A stretch of DNA of 55,123 nt, from NCBI GenBank assembly GCA_039803205.1, contig JBDRYB010000011.1, forward strand, positions 1 to 55,123. The letters run 5' to 3'. The notes beneath the pieces are model-generated. The model saw only the letters and a program-made list of their open reading frames with translations, did not search any database and was not told where the DNA came from. This document shows positions 18,437 through 28,119 of the stretch, one piece after another; within the stretch, counting starts at the first letter, position 1, and every line of letters starts with the position of its first letter. The stretch comes from a candidate division WOR-3 bacterium (GTDB taxonomy: Bacteria; Hydrothermota; Hydrothermia; JBDRYB01). The translations under genes were made by a program, and so were the position numbers.

Positions 18437-19426
18437 TTAGCGTTCTCCTGTTTTCAGATAATTCAGCAATCTCTTCATGTCCTCGGGCAGGGGCGCTTCA
18501 AACTCCATACTGTAGTTCTTGGCGGGATGGGTGATTATCAGCCTCGCCGCGTGAAGGGCTTGTCGGCCCATTATTTCCAGGCATGCCGCCACATGCTTCC
18601 GCTCCTCAGGGGGCACAACCCTGAATATCTTCCTGGTGTCGCGCCCGGAATACACGGGGTCCCCTATAACTGGGTGGCCATAGTGCTCCATGTGAACCCT
18701 TATCTGATGCGTCCTGCCTGTCAGGAGCTCAAGCTCCATGAAGGATGCCACGCGCCCGAACTCCTCCTGAACCCTGAAAAGGGTTATCGCTGGTTTTGAA
18801 TGAAACGGGGTTACAGCCATCCTCTTTCGGTCTATGGTGTGGCGACCTATTGGCGCGTTTATCTCGCCTTCTTTGATCGGCAGGCGGCCCCAGACCAGAG
18901 CGAGGTAGATCCTTCTCGCCTCCTTCATCGCTATCTGCCTGGCAAGGCTCCTTACTCCTCGCTGGCTCTTTGCCACGACCAGGAGCCCTGAGGTGTCCTT
19001 ATCCAACCTGTGGACAACCCCTGGCCTCGTTCTGTCCCCTGTATCCGGGAGCTCCTCCAGTTTTCCCAGAAGCGCGTTCACTATTGTTCCTGTGGTGTTT
19101 CCCCTCGCGGGATGAACAACCACTCCCGGTGGCTTGTTCAGAACGATGAGGTCATCATCCTCATAGAGTATCGGAAGGTCATCCCTGGTCTCGGGCAGGA
19201 GCTCAAACGGCTCCGGCAGTTCATATGCGGCCTCTATCTCGTCCCCTGCCTTTACCTTGTACCCCGGCTTTTTTACGATCAGACCATTGATCTTCACGCA
19301 TCCGGCTTTTATCAGGTTCTCTATCTGGGAGCGCGAGAGCCCCATCCCTGACCTGAACATGTATAGATCTAGCCTAAGGCCCTTTTGCTTCTCTGCCACA
19401 GTGCGCCTGAACTCCCTCTGAGCCAC
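18437..19426 (-). CDS. rluD: RluA/RluD-family pseudouridine synthase; likely start GTG at 19426
   Basis: S4 domain RLDLY..SRSQI, NKPPG.VVHP, catalytic HRLDKDTSG, TGRTHQIRVH. Confidence 0.9.
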   Translation of the reverse strand: MAQREFRRTVAEKQKGLRLDLYMFRSGMGLSRSQIENLIKAGCVKINGLIVKKPGYKVKAGDEIEAAYELPEPFELLPETRDDLPILYEDDDLIVLNKPPGVVVHPARGNTTGTIVNALLGKLEELPDTGDRTRPGVVHRLDKDTSGLLVVAKSQRGVRSLARQIAMKEARRIYLALVWGRLPIKEGEINAPIGRHTIDRKRMAVTPFHSKPAITLFRVQEEFGRVASFMELELLTGRTHQIRVHMEHYGHPVIGDPVYSGRDTRKIFRVVPPEERKHVAACLEIMGRQALHAARLIITHPAKNYSMEFEAPLPEDMKRLLNYLKTGER

Positions 19427-19501
19427 TCTGAAATTATAAACCACCGAGGAGCGCTTCGGTGAACAGTGCAACGACCCGCGCCCATCCGTTATAATTTCGC
19501 T
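19427..19501. promoter_or_regulatory. Back-to-back -10 boxes for the divergent leaderless genes rluD and V-ATPase A
   Basis: TATAAT-ttcaga-GTG on - (box 19433-19438); TATAAT-ttcgct-ATG on + (box 19490-19495). Confidence 0.6.
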
Positions 19502-21286
19502 ATGCCTGAGATAGCGAGAATAGCTGGTTCCCTCGTGGTTGGCGATGGCCTCAGAGGGGTCCAGATGAACGAGATAGTAAGAGTTGGAAAAGAAAGGCTG
19601 GTTGGAGAGGTAATAAGGCTCTCCGGGGACACCGGCTTCATTCAGGTCTACGAGGATACATCCGGACTCTTCGTGGGAGAACCAATAGTGCGCACTGGAC
19701 AGGCGCTCTCGGTTGAGCTCGGGCCTGGGCTTCTGACAACCGCGTATGATGGCGTTCAACGCCCTCTTGAGCTCATAAAGGAGAAGGCAGGGGACTGGGT
19801 TACCAGGGGAATTGATGTTCCTGCGCTGGACCCAGGTAGGGAGTGGGATTTCGTCCCCACCGTTAGAGAGGGCGATATGGTTGAGCTGGGGGATGTCCTC
19901 GGAGAGGTCCAGGAGACCAGGAGCATAGTCCATAGGGTCATGGTTCCTCCATCCCTCAGGGGGAGGTTTCACCTGACCCAGGCTGACATGGATGAGAAGT
20001 TCCGCGTCATAATGATCGCGGAGGGGAAGCACAAGATCCACGACACAATAGCGGTTCTCAAGGATGACGAGGGCCGAGAATATGAGGTCCAGATGGCGCA
20101 CAGGTGGCCCGTCAGAATACCGAGGCCGTTTGAGAAAAAGCTCTTGCCAGAGGTTCCTCTCATAACCGGTCAGCGCGTTCTTGATTTCTTCTTCCCTATC
20201 GCCCTGGGAGGGAACGCGGCGATACCCGGAGGGTTTGGAACAGGAAAGACGGTCACTGAACAAACCCTGGCGAAGTTCGCGCATGTTGATATAGTAATAT
20301 ACATAGGCTGCGGCGAGCGCGGCAACGAGATGACAGAGGTCCTCGCGGAGTTCCCCGAGCTTGAGGACCCGACCAGGCCCGGCGCGCCCCTCATGGACAG
20401 GACAATACTGGTTGTCAACACATCAAACATGCCCGTAGCCGCGCGCGAGGCCTCCATTTACACTGGTATAACGATGGCCGAGTATTACAGGGACATGGGG
20501 TATGATGTCCTCCTTTTGGCGGATTCAACATCTCGTTGGGCAGAGGCCCTCCGAGAGATGAGCTCCCGGCTTGAGGAAATGCCCGGAGAAGAGGGCTATC
20601 CAACATACCTTTCATCAAAGCTGGCGGCTTTCTACGAGAGGACAGGAAGGGTTTATCCCCTCGGAGGAAGGGATCAGATAGGCTCCGTGACCGCTGTCGG
20701 CGCGGTCTCGCCACAGGGAGGGGATTTCTCCGAGCCAGTAACCCAGAGCACCCTCCGTGTCGTGGGCGCTTTTTGGGCCTTGGACTCTGACCTCGCCAGG
20801 CGCAGGCACTACCCAGCGATAAACTGGCTCACCTCATATACCCTTTACTACGGCCTGGTTAAGAAGTGGTTCCACGAGAATGTTGACGAAGCTTGGACTG
20901 AGATGAGAAACTGGGCATCCGAGATGCTCCAGCGAGACGCTGAGCTCACGGAGATAGTTCAACTCGTTGGCCCGGACGCGCTTGAGGACGCGGAGCGGGT
21001 TCTCCTTGAAACGGGCGCTCTCATAAGGGAGGCTTTCCTCCAGCAGAACGCTTTTCACGAGGTAGATGGCTCATCATCCCTTCAGAAGGACCTGATGATC
21101 CTGCGCGTGATAAGGTTTTTCAGCGAGCTGGCCATGGACGCGGTGAAGGCTGGACGCTTTCACGCTGAGGACCTTCACGCCCTTCCGGAGATAGAGGAGA
21201 TAGAGAGGCTAAAGGAGCTCCGGGACGAAGAGGTTAAGGCCAAAATAGAAGAGATAATGGCTTCTCTCAAGGAGAAGCTGGGTTGA
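19502..21286 (+). CDS. atpA: V/A-type ATP synthase catalytic subunit A; ATG start at 19502
   Basis: [16 protein letters not shown] Walker [30 protein letters not shown]. Confidence 0.95.
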   Translation: MPEIARIAGSLVVGDGLRGVQMNEIVRVGKERLVGEVIRLSGDTGFIQVYEDTSGLFVGEPIVRTGQALSVELGPGLLTTAYDGVQRPLELIKEKAGDWVTRGIDVPALDPGREWDFVPTVREGDMVELGDVLGEVQETRSIVHRVMVPPSLRGRFHLTQADMDEKFRVIMIAEGKHKIHDTIAVLKDDEGREYEVQMAHRWPVRIPRPFEKKLLPEVPLITGQRVLDFFFPIALGGNAAIPGGFGTGKTVTEQTLAKFAHVDIVIYIGCGERGNEMTEVLAEFPELEDPTRPGAPLMDRTILVVNTSNMPVAAREASIYTGITMAEYYRDMGYDVLLLADSTSRWAEALREMSSRLEEMPGEEGYPTYLSSKLAAFYERTGRVYPLGGRDQIGSVTAVGAVSPQGGDFSEPVTQSTLRVVGAFWALDSDLARRRHYPAINWLTSYTLYYGLVKKWFHENVDEAWTEMRNWASEMLQRDAELTEIVQLVGPDALEDAERVLLETGALIREAFLQQNAFHEVDGSSSLQKDLMILRVIRFFSELAMDAVKAGRFHAEDLHALPEIEEIERLKELRDEEVKAKIEEIMASLKEKLG

Positions 21287-21368
21287 GCCCTTTTCGGACT
21301 GAATACTCCCCAACTTTATACCCGCTGAAACTGCTGAACTATATCAAAACCGTGGGATCCGGGTAGAC

Positions 21369-23105
21369 ATGGCCCTTCTGACCTTACTGCTGGCCGGCAT
21401 AAATGATGTCTCCCTGGTCCGCGTTCACGGCGCGACGGTTTTCTCCGAGAGGGAGATACTCGAGGCGAGCAATCTCAAGAAGGGAAAACCCTACAGGAAG
21501 GCCGCTGTTCTTGGCGCGGAGATAAGGATAAAGGGACTCTACGAGTCAAAGGGATACTTCACGGCGATCGTAACCGACAGCATCGCCCTGACGGACAAGG
21601 GGGTGGAGATACACCTCTTCATAAACGAGGGGCCGAGGGCAAGGCTTGTTGACATGATTCCGGAGGGCATGGAGGCCATAGACAGCCTTTCCCTTATAAG
21701 AATTCTCATGAAGAATGTCCCAGGAGAGCTTCCGGTCCCCTACGATGAGGCAATAATAGCCAAGGTGGAGCAATCCCTTTACTCGCTTTATCAGAACTCT
21801 GGATTCCCTCTGGTTGAGATAGTCTCTGAGACGAGAGAAGTGGCGCCAAACCTCATCTCGGTCAGGATAAGGATACACGAGGGGCCAAGGGTGAGGATAA
21901 GGGAAGTAGTGATCCAGGGCAACGAGGGGGTCAAAAAGAGCATAATAGAGAGGGAAATAGCGATAAGGCCAGGAGAGCTCTACAACCTTGAGAGGATAGC
22001 TGAGTCCCAGCGCAGGATATACGCGACGGGGCTGTTCTCATCCGTTGGATATTTCCTGGATTCCATCGGGCCAGCCGATACCATGACGGTTCTCTACTTC
22101 ACTGTTGAGGAGACGAGCCCAAGGTATCTTGACATCGGCGGAGGATACCACACTCCGGAGGAATTGCAGGCAAAAGCTGGCCTCGGCCACCTCAACCTCT
22201 GGGGCATGGGACAGAGGGCAGAGGTCTCTGGGGAGGCATCATGGAACTTTCTCTGGTTCATTCAGGACACTATCCCCGAGTTTCCAAGGCGCAAGCTGAA
22301 GCTCAGCTACTCAGAACCATATTTCCTGGGTTTCAGGCTTGATGCGATCGCTACTGGAGCATATTCATACGATGTGGACCTTGAATACGAGGACTTTACA
22401 TTCTCTTTCCTGACCCGGAAATACATAGGTAAGTTCTGGAGCATCTCACCAGGGCTCAGATGGTCATACTCCAAGAGCATATCGGACAAACCGGTCATCA
22501 TGCCGAGGCTAACCGTCAACGCATTCATCCAGGAGGTGATGCTTGACGCGAGGGACAACATATTTGACCCGACCAGGGGTTCATACGGGAGGCTCAGATT
22601 GGAGGAGACGGGGTGGATCCTCAGGGGAGATGCAGACCTGATAAAGGGTTTCGTCTCCTTCGCGACATATTCAAGGCTCACAAAAGGGGGCTATTTCCTT
22701 GCTTCCAGGGTTTCTCTGGGATACATAGAACCATATGGGCGAACAAGCGTTGTCCCCCCGGCTGAGCGCTTTACCCTTGGCGGAGACGGAACCGTCCGGG
22801 GATACACCAGGTATTCCATAGGTGTTTACGATCCGCGTTTGATAAGGTCCGGCACAGTCCTCCTTAACATGAACTTTGAGCTCAGAAAGCACCTCACTCC
22901 GACATGGGGGTTCGCGCTCTTCGCTGACGCTGGCGGGCTGTGGAAAAGCCTAAGCTCTGTTGATTTGAATAGGATGGGTATTTCGGCAGGCCTTGGTCTT
23001 AGGTATTACCTGCCAATAGGGCCAATAAGGCTTGACTGGGCTAGACCAATAGTAAATTACTCTGGCTGGGGAATAGTCCACCTGGGCCTGGGCCACATGT
23101 TCTAG
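21369..23105 (+). CDS. Omp85-family outer membrane protein (BamA/TamA-like)
   Basis: About three POTRA repeats, GGDGTVRGY lid motif, GPIRLD, C-terminal Phe. Confidence 0.85.
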   Translation: MALLTLLLAGINDVSLVRVHGATVFSEREILEASNLKKGKPYRKAAVLGAEIRIKGLYESKGYFTAIVTDSIALTDKGVEIHLFINEGPRARLVDMIPEGMEAIDSLSLIRILMKNVPGELPVPYDEAIIAKVEQSLYSLYQNSGFPLVEIVSETREVAPNLISVRIRIHEGPRVRIREVVIQGNEGVKKSIIEREIAIRPGELYNLERIAESQRRIYATGLFSSVGYFLDSIGPADTMTVLYFTVEETSPRYLDIGGGYHTPEELQAKAGLGHLNLWGMGQRAEVSGEASWNFLWFIQDTIPEFPRRKLKLSYSEPYFLGFRLDAIATGAYSYDVDLEYEDFTFSFLTRKYIGKFWSISPGLRWSYSKSISDKPVIMPRLTVNAFIQEVMLDARDNIFDPTRGSYGRLRLEETGWILRGDADLIKGFVSFATYSRLTKGGYFLASRVSLGYIEPYGRTSVVPPAERFTLGGDGTVRGYTRYSIGVYDPRLIRSGTVLLNMNFELRKHLTPTWGFALFADAGGLWKSLSSVDLNRMGISAGLGLRYYLPIGPIRLDWARPIVNYSGWGIVHLGLGHMF

Positions 23106-24670
23106 GAGACTTCTCCGAAAACCCTCTTTCTCAGGCGCTCGTAGTATTGCCTGTATTCTTCAATGTAGCGGTCATACGGGAATTCGGGAAGGAGCTCGCC
23201 ACTCGCTAGCTCACGAGCCCGTGCAAGGTATTCCTCTTTTTCGGCGGGCTCGCGGGTCGCGTCTGCAAGCCTCATTAGGTTTTCAATCTCTTCCACATCA
23301 GTCCAAACCTCTTCAAGCTGGTAAAAATCCCCCTTTTTCGTGAGGAGTTCCCGCCTACCCAGGTGTTCCCTAACGAGTTTGATCGCGGTGTAAAGGAGGC
23401 TTCTTGACTTCTCGTTATACTTCCGCCTGGGCCAAAGGAGATAAAAGAGGTGATCCAGGGGTATCCTGTGCCTCGGAGAAAGCAGAAGGTAAACGAGGGC
23501 GCGAATGGCTTGGTTGTTGTGCCAAGCCCTCAAGGTTATCTCCTTTCCATCCACGAATACCCTTGTTTTACCTATGAGATAGGCCTTTATCCCACTCCAT
23601 TCTTCTTTTTTGGCGCTCTGGGTTATGAGGGGCTCTATCTGTTGGAAAAACTCCCCCAGGAATGGGTCTTGCTTGAAACCCGGATGAAGAGGGGCCAAAG
23701 GGGAAAGAAACTTCAGAACGAGCGGAAAAATAGGACTGTCTGAGCGCCAAGCCAGAAATGCGGATGTTAACCCAGCAAGAAAAGCCTCTATGGGCTGATA
23801 TGCGCGGTAGTAGTTCTTTGCGGCTTCAAAGAGGCGCACAGCGGCTTCGTTTTCATCTTCTAGCTGAAGGGCCCTTATTTCGTCGGCCGCTGCTTGTTCT
23901 CCCCAGCTTCCTCCTTTTGCCAAGGATAAACACCTTTTTACGATGTCCTTACTGGGAGGCTTAAGGCCAGAAAACCTTGAGAGGTTTATTGCCTTAGCGC
24001 AAGGGAAAACCGAATAAGCCGCGCCGAAATCCAGAAAGCCACGAATTGATTCCAGGTAGCTGTTCATAGCCTCTTCGCAATTTCCCAGTATCCTTTCTGC
24101 CAGACCCTTTATCTCTATAACCCCCATTTTGAACGACTTTCTTTCGGGAGATCCTAGAAGTGAAATTAGGGTTCTAATCGCTTGCTCGGGATTCCCCCGA
24201 ATTATATCCGTAATCCCCAGGAGATACTGGATATCAGTGCTCCCGTGGTTGAGAGACTTCTGAAGGTTACGCCGAAGGGCCTCGTATTCAGCCCTGAAGA
24301 GCTTGTTGTAAAGAAGGACTACCCTCGCGCGAGACACCATATTAGGGTCTCGGATAGTCTCACCGAGCTCAAGGAACCGAAGAAAGCAATTTTCCGATCT
24401 TTCCATATCTCCCGTCATCCTGTAGGCCATACCCATATCCTCTAGCAGGAACGCGGCTAATTGGGGCTTATTCCAAAGTCTCTGTAAAAGTTTCACCCCC
24501 TTCCTGACGATCTCTGCGGATTTGGCCTTGTGGACCGCTACAGAGACCTTCAGAACCTCGGCGGCCAGAGGATCCTTTTCCCTTAATGTTCTTATATAAC
24601 TTACAACCTCACCGATTTTGCCCTCCGCGAGCAGACCTCGGCCGAATTTAATCCTGTCAAGAGTGTCCAT
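23102..24670 (-). CDS. TPR-repeat protein with C-terminal winged-helix/BTAD-like (SARP-type) region; putative regulator
   Basis: Helical TPR-like N-terminus; C-terminal G..RVFVDGK....W.N..A..ALVYLL...LWP...WTD...GELLPE. Confidence 0.7.
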   Translation of the reverse strand: MDTLDRIKFGRGLLAEGKIGEVVSYIRTLREKDPLAAEVLKVSVAVHKAKSAEIVRKGVKLLQRLWNKPQLAAFLLEDMGMAYRMTGDMERSENCFLRFLELGETIRDPNMVSRARVVLLYNKLFRAEYEALRRNLQKSLNHGSTDIQYLLGITDIIRGNPEQAIRTLISLLGSPERKSFKMGVIEIKGLAERILGNCEEAMNSYLESIRGFLDFGAAYSVFPCAKAINLSRFSGLKPPSKDIVKRCLSLAKGGSWGEQAAADEIRALQLEDENEAAVRLFEAAKNYYRAYQPIEAFLAGLTSAFLAWRSDSPIFPLVLKFLSPLAPLHPGFKQDPFLGEFFQQIEPLITQSAKKEEWSGIKAYLIGKTRVFVDGKEITLRAWHNNQAIRALVYLLLSPRHRIPLDHLFYLLWPRRKYNEKSRSLLYTAIKLVREHLGRRELLTKKGDFYQLEEVWTDVEEIENLMRLADATREPAEKEEYLARARELASGELLPEFPYDRYIEEYRQYYERLRKRVFGEVS

Positions 24671-24797
24671 CTGAATAGTATAAGGCTTTTAGTGGCTCAA
24701 CTCCAAGTTCTGTAAGGCCTATCGCCATTATCCTTCAGATTTCCTTCAGAACTTTCCGTATATTATAGGCCCTAAGCTTAGGAAAGGAGAATCTGAC

Positions 24798-26321
24798 ATG
24801 ATGGGATTTATGACTGCAATAAGTGTAGCCCAGGTTCTCGGAACCTGGCCCATGTGGGGAGGCGAGCCTACCCACAAGTCTGTCCATCTCATGAGGGGCG
24901 CTATAACGACCCCAACGATAAAGTGGCGCTTCGCGACGGGCGATGCTATTGAGTGGCAGTTCTCCGCAATAGCTGATGTTGACGCAGATGGCCAGATGGA
25001 GGTTGTCATAGGCAGTCTCGACAACAAGGTCTATTGCCTCCGTGGCTCAGATGGAACCCAGAAGTGGGTATTCACGACAGGAGGCGATGTGTATTCCTCC
25101 CCAGCGTTAGCTGATGTTGACGGAGATGGCGAGATGGAGGTTGTCATAGGCAGTTATGACTCCAAGGTCTATTGCCTCCGTGGTTCAGACGGAACACAGA
25201 AATGGTCATTCACCACGACGGGAGGTGGTATCCCCTCTTCCCCAGCGTTAGCTGATGTTGACGGAGATGGCGGGATGGAGGTTGTCATAGGCAGTTATGA
25301 CTCCAAGGTCTATTGTCTGAGAGGCTCAGATGGAACTCAGAAGTGGGCGTTCGCGCCGGGGGGTTACGTGCATTCCTCCCCTGCGTTGGCTGATGTGGAT
25401 GCTGATGGCCAGATGGAGGTTGTCGTTGGTTGTTGGGACCGCAAGGTCTATTGTCTCAGAGGCTCAGATGGAACACAGAAGTGGACCTTTACGACAGGAG
25501 GCCTAGTGCTTTCCTCTCCTGCAATAGCTGATGTGGACGCCGATGGCCAAATGGAGGTGGTCATAGGCAGTAATGACTATAAGGTCTATTGCCTGAGGGG
25601 TTCAAACGGAACCCAGAAGTGGGCGTTCGTCACGGGAGGTACCCTGGAGTCTTCTGCTGCAATAGCTGATGTTGACGCAGATGGCGGGATGGAGGTTGTC
25701 ATAGGCAGTCTCGACAACAAGGTCTATTGCCTCCGTGGCTCAGATGGAACCCAGAAGTGGGCATTCACAACTAGCTCCTATGTTCACCTCCCCGGCGCTC
25801 TCGCTGATGTAGATGGAGATGGAAAGCTTGAGTATCTGGTTTCTCAGGATATTCCTGGCATCTTTCTTTATTGTCTGAATGCCGAGGATGGAAGCGTGGC
25901 CTGGCAGATAGTCCTTGCTAGAGATGTCCACTCCCCGTTTGCAGGAGACATAGACGGCGATGGGTGCATAGAAATAATAACGGGAACCCATGATCCAGAC
26001 GCTCAGGGCTACAGGGTTTTTGCTATTGATGACCCAGCTGGCGCCTCTAGTTGCGGCGCCCTCTACGAGGAGGTCGAGGAAGGGCTTGGAAAAGGCATCG
26101 ATTTCAGGGCCTCCGGCAAGGGGGTATGCCTCTTCATGCCCAGGTCAGAGCAGGTCTCCCTCTCGCTCTACGATGCCTCGGGCAAGCTTGTTCAGAGACT
26201 ATATGATGGCCTCCTAAGCCAGGGCGGCCACACATTCATCCCGAAAACGGAAGCGAGGGGCGTCTATCTCGCTGTTCTCAGGTATCAGGGAGGAACGAAG
26301 ACCCTGAAGATAGTCAGGTAA
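24798..26321 (+). CDS. Secreted FG-GAP/PQQ-like repeat beta-propeller with T9SS-like C-terminal domain
   Basis: WPMWGG...H start motif, repeated ADVDxDGxMEVVIG...DGTQKW, C-terminal YDASGKLV...GVYL...KIVR. Confidence 0.85.
   Translation: MMGFMTAISVAQVLGTWPMWGGEPTHKSVHLMRGAITTPTIKWRFATGDAIEWQFSAIADVDADGQMEVVIGSLDNKVYCLRGSDGTQKWVFTTGGDVYSSPALADVDGDGEMEVVIGSYDSKVYCLRGSDGTQKWSFTTTGGGIPSSPALADVDGDGGMEVVIGSYDSKVYCLRGSDGTQKWAFAPGGYVHSSPALADVDADGQMEVVVGCWDRKVYCLRGSDGTQKWTFTTGGLVLSSPAIADVDADGQMEVVIGSNDYKVYCLRGSNGTQKWAFVTGGTLESSAAIADVDADGGMEVVIGSLDNKVYCLRGSDGTQKWAFTTSSYVHLPGALADVDGDGKLEYLVSQDIPGIFLYCLNAEDGSVAWQIVLARDVHSPFAGDIDGDGCIEIITGTHDPDAQGYRVFAIDDPAGASSCGALYEEVEEGLGKGIDFRASGKGVCLFMPRSEQVSLSLYDASGKLVQRLYDGLLSQGGHTFIPKTEARGVYLAVLRYQGGTKTLKIVR
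24966..25796 (+). repeat. Six intragenic tandem repeats of 138 bp (one of 141 bp)
   Basis: Units start at 24966, 25104, 25245, 25383, 25521 and 25659; a diverged seventh starts at 25797. Confidence 0.95.
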
Positions 26322-26326
26322 TTCTC

Positions 26327-26375
26327 AACCCCGGCCGGGCAAAAATAAACTGCACCTCCCGTTCCGGCCGGGGTT
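26327..26375. terminator. Inverted repeat between convergent genes
   Basis: aaccccggccgg ... ccggccggggtt, a 12-bp stem. Confidence 0.55.
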
Positions 26376-26376
26376 T

Positions 26377-27234
26377 CTACTTTTTTCTCCTGAGTCTGAA
26401 AATCCTCCCGCCCTCGCCATCAAGGACATACAGCGCGCCATCGGGCCCAGGCTTGACATCTATGGGCCTTCCGAGGTCAAGAGGGATGTCCCTGAAAACA
26501 TACCTGCCCTTCTTCTTGAGGAGCTTTATCAGCCGAGGCCTCGTTTCTTCCTTCCTGAGGAACGGGTCCCCGAAGCAGGCTATATACAGGGTGTCGTTCC
26601 AGAAACAGAGGCCGCGGGGGTAATCCCCGGGTTCAAGGTGAACCGAGAGCCAATCGCCCTTTGGGTCAACCCGATAGACGCCGTCAAGGGTCTGATAGTA
26701 ATCAGGGGGATAACAACCGGGATCAGTAACCCAGAGGGTGTCCCCCTGGAAAGCCAGTCCCCACGGGTCGTGAAAGCCACGGGAGAAGACCTCAAGTCCG
26801 GTTCCGTCGCGTCTGAACCTGATGATAGCTCCCGAGAGCGAGTGAGAAGAGGAAAAGCAATCCTCCTCGCCCTGGCCAAAGTAGATCATTCCCCCCGGGC
26901 CGAGCGTGAGCCCGTTGTTTGAGCATGAGCCGAACGAAGGGAGGCCCGTAATGAGATCGGTAAGCTTTCCCTCAGCAAAGACGCTTACCCTTCCCCTGTG
27001 CGAAATGAAGAGGCTGTCCCCTATGGGCAGGATGCCGTTCACCGGGGGTTTCAGGCCCCTGATCACGAGCCGAGGGGTATCGTTTCTTAGCGCCCATATC
27101 CTTCCATCCTGTTCCGCAACATAAAGGACAGAACCGGAGAAAGCAAAAGCCGTTGGTTTTGTGAAACGAACGGCCAGGGTTTCAATCTCAAGATCTTGTC
27201 CTACCTGGAACAGCATGAATGGAACAGCCAGCAT
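26377..27234 (-). CDS. Glucose/sorbosone dehydrogenase-like beta-propeller protein
   Basis: LYVAEQ.GRI, GPGGMIYFGQG, GFHDPWGLAF, RPIDV..GPDGALYV. Confidence 0.7.
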   Translation of the reverse strand: MLAVPFMLFQVGQDLEIETLAVRFTKPTAFAFSGSVLYVAEQDGRIWALRNDTPRLVIRGLKPPVNGILPIGDSLFISHRGRVSVFAEGKLTDLITGLPSFGSCSNNGLTLGPGGMIYFGQGEEDCFSSSHSLSGAIIRFRRDGTGLEVFSRGFHDPWGLAFQGDTLWVTDPGCYPPDYYQTLDGVYRVDPKGDWLSVHLEPGDYPRGLCFWNDTLYIACFGDPFLRKEETRPRLIKLLKKKGRYVFRDIPLDLGRPIDVKPGPDGALYVLDGEGGRIFRLRRKK

Positions 27235-27237
27235 CGC

Positions 27238-27837
27238 CTATATGACGGACAGAAGGTGCCCTAGCTTGCGCTTCTTTGCGGCGAGATAATCCCTGTTGTA
27301 TTCGTTCGGCTCAACCTCAAGGGGAACCCTCTCAACGATCTCTATGCCCATCCCCGCGAGGTCAATTATCTTATCGGGATTGTTGGTGAGAAGCCTTATT
27401 CTGCATACGCCCAGGTCAGCGAGTATCCTTCCGGCAACATCGTATGTCCTCAAGTCAGCCGCAAAACCGAGCTGATGATTCGCTTCAACCGTGTCCACTC
27501 CGCGATCCTGGAGCGCATAAGCCTTTATCTTGTTCGCCAGGCCTATTCCTCGTCCTTCCTGCATGAGATATATGAGGATTCCGCTTTCCTCTTTGCCTAT
27601 CATCCTGAGGGCCTTGTCCAACTGCAAGCCGCAATCGCACCTCAGAGAACCAAGTGTATCGCCCGTGAGACACTGGGAATGAACACGGACGAGAGGGGCT
27701 CCTGTATTGGGATTGCCCCTGAGAAGGACGAGGTGATCCTTGAACTTGTCTCCGTCAAGGGTTTCCCTGTATATCATTATAATAAATTCTCCGTATTCGC
27801 TAGGAAATTGAGCCTCAGCTACCTTGTGAACTCTCAT
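27238..27837 (-). CDS. ribA: GTP cyclohydrolase II
   Basis: VRVHSQCLTGD..GSLRCDCG, QEGRGIGL.NK, LLTNNP.K, KLGH. Confidence 0.95.
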   Translation of the reverse strand: MRVHKVAEAQFPSEYGEFIIMIYRETLDGDKFKDHLVLLRGNPNTGAPLVRVHSQCLTGDTLGSLRCDCGLQLDKALRMIGKEESGILIYLMQEGRGIGLANKIKAYALQDRGVDTVEANHQLGFAADLRTYDVAGRILADLGVCRIRLLTNNPDKIIDLAGMGIEIVERVPLEVEPNEYNRDYLAAKKRKLGHLLSVI

Positions 27838-28119
27838 GGGGTTTCATAATTATAAAACCAGGCCACCCTTGATTTCAACCTGCTTTGGGGTTTTGGGATC
27901 TCACGCTCCCAGTGGAGCATCCTCGCCTAACCTATTCCATCTTCACTCTTGGGGTCCATAGGGCGCTATCTTAGCTCTAAAAGCCCATGAGCCACCCTAT
28001 AGGTTGTTCTCCTTGATACCCTGTTCATATATGTTAATCTAGGACCTCTTCGGCGATCGCATTTTTGGAGCTGAGCGAATAGTTGAATTAGCTCACTTTC
28101 TGGGGTTATCCTTATCATA

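Noticed and set aside
19427..20284. N-terminal extension of the 615-aa ORF 18437-20284
   Set aside because: It is the antisense shadow of V-ATPase A; RluD homology and a -10 box place the start at 19426.
19502..21286. Intein in V-ATPase subunit A
   Set aside because: The length is normal (594 aa), with no insertion after the Walker A region and no intein end motifs.
24966..25796. Diversity-generating retroelement TR/VR pair
   Set aside because: The repeats are in-frame coding units, the differences are not adenine-specific, and no reverse transcriptase is present.
27838..28119. FMN riboswitch upstream of ribA
   Set aside because: No FMN aptamer core motifs are visible, and a TATAAT lies only 11 nt before the ribA start.
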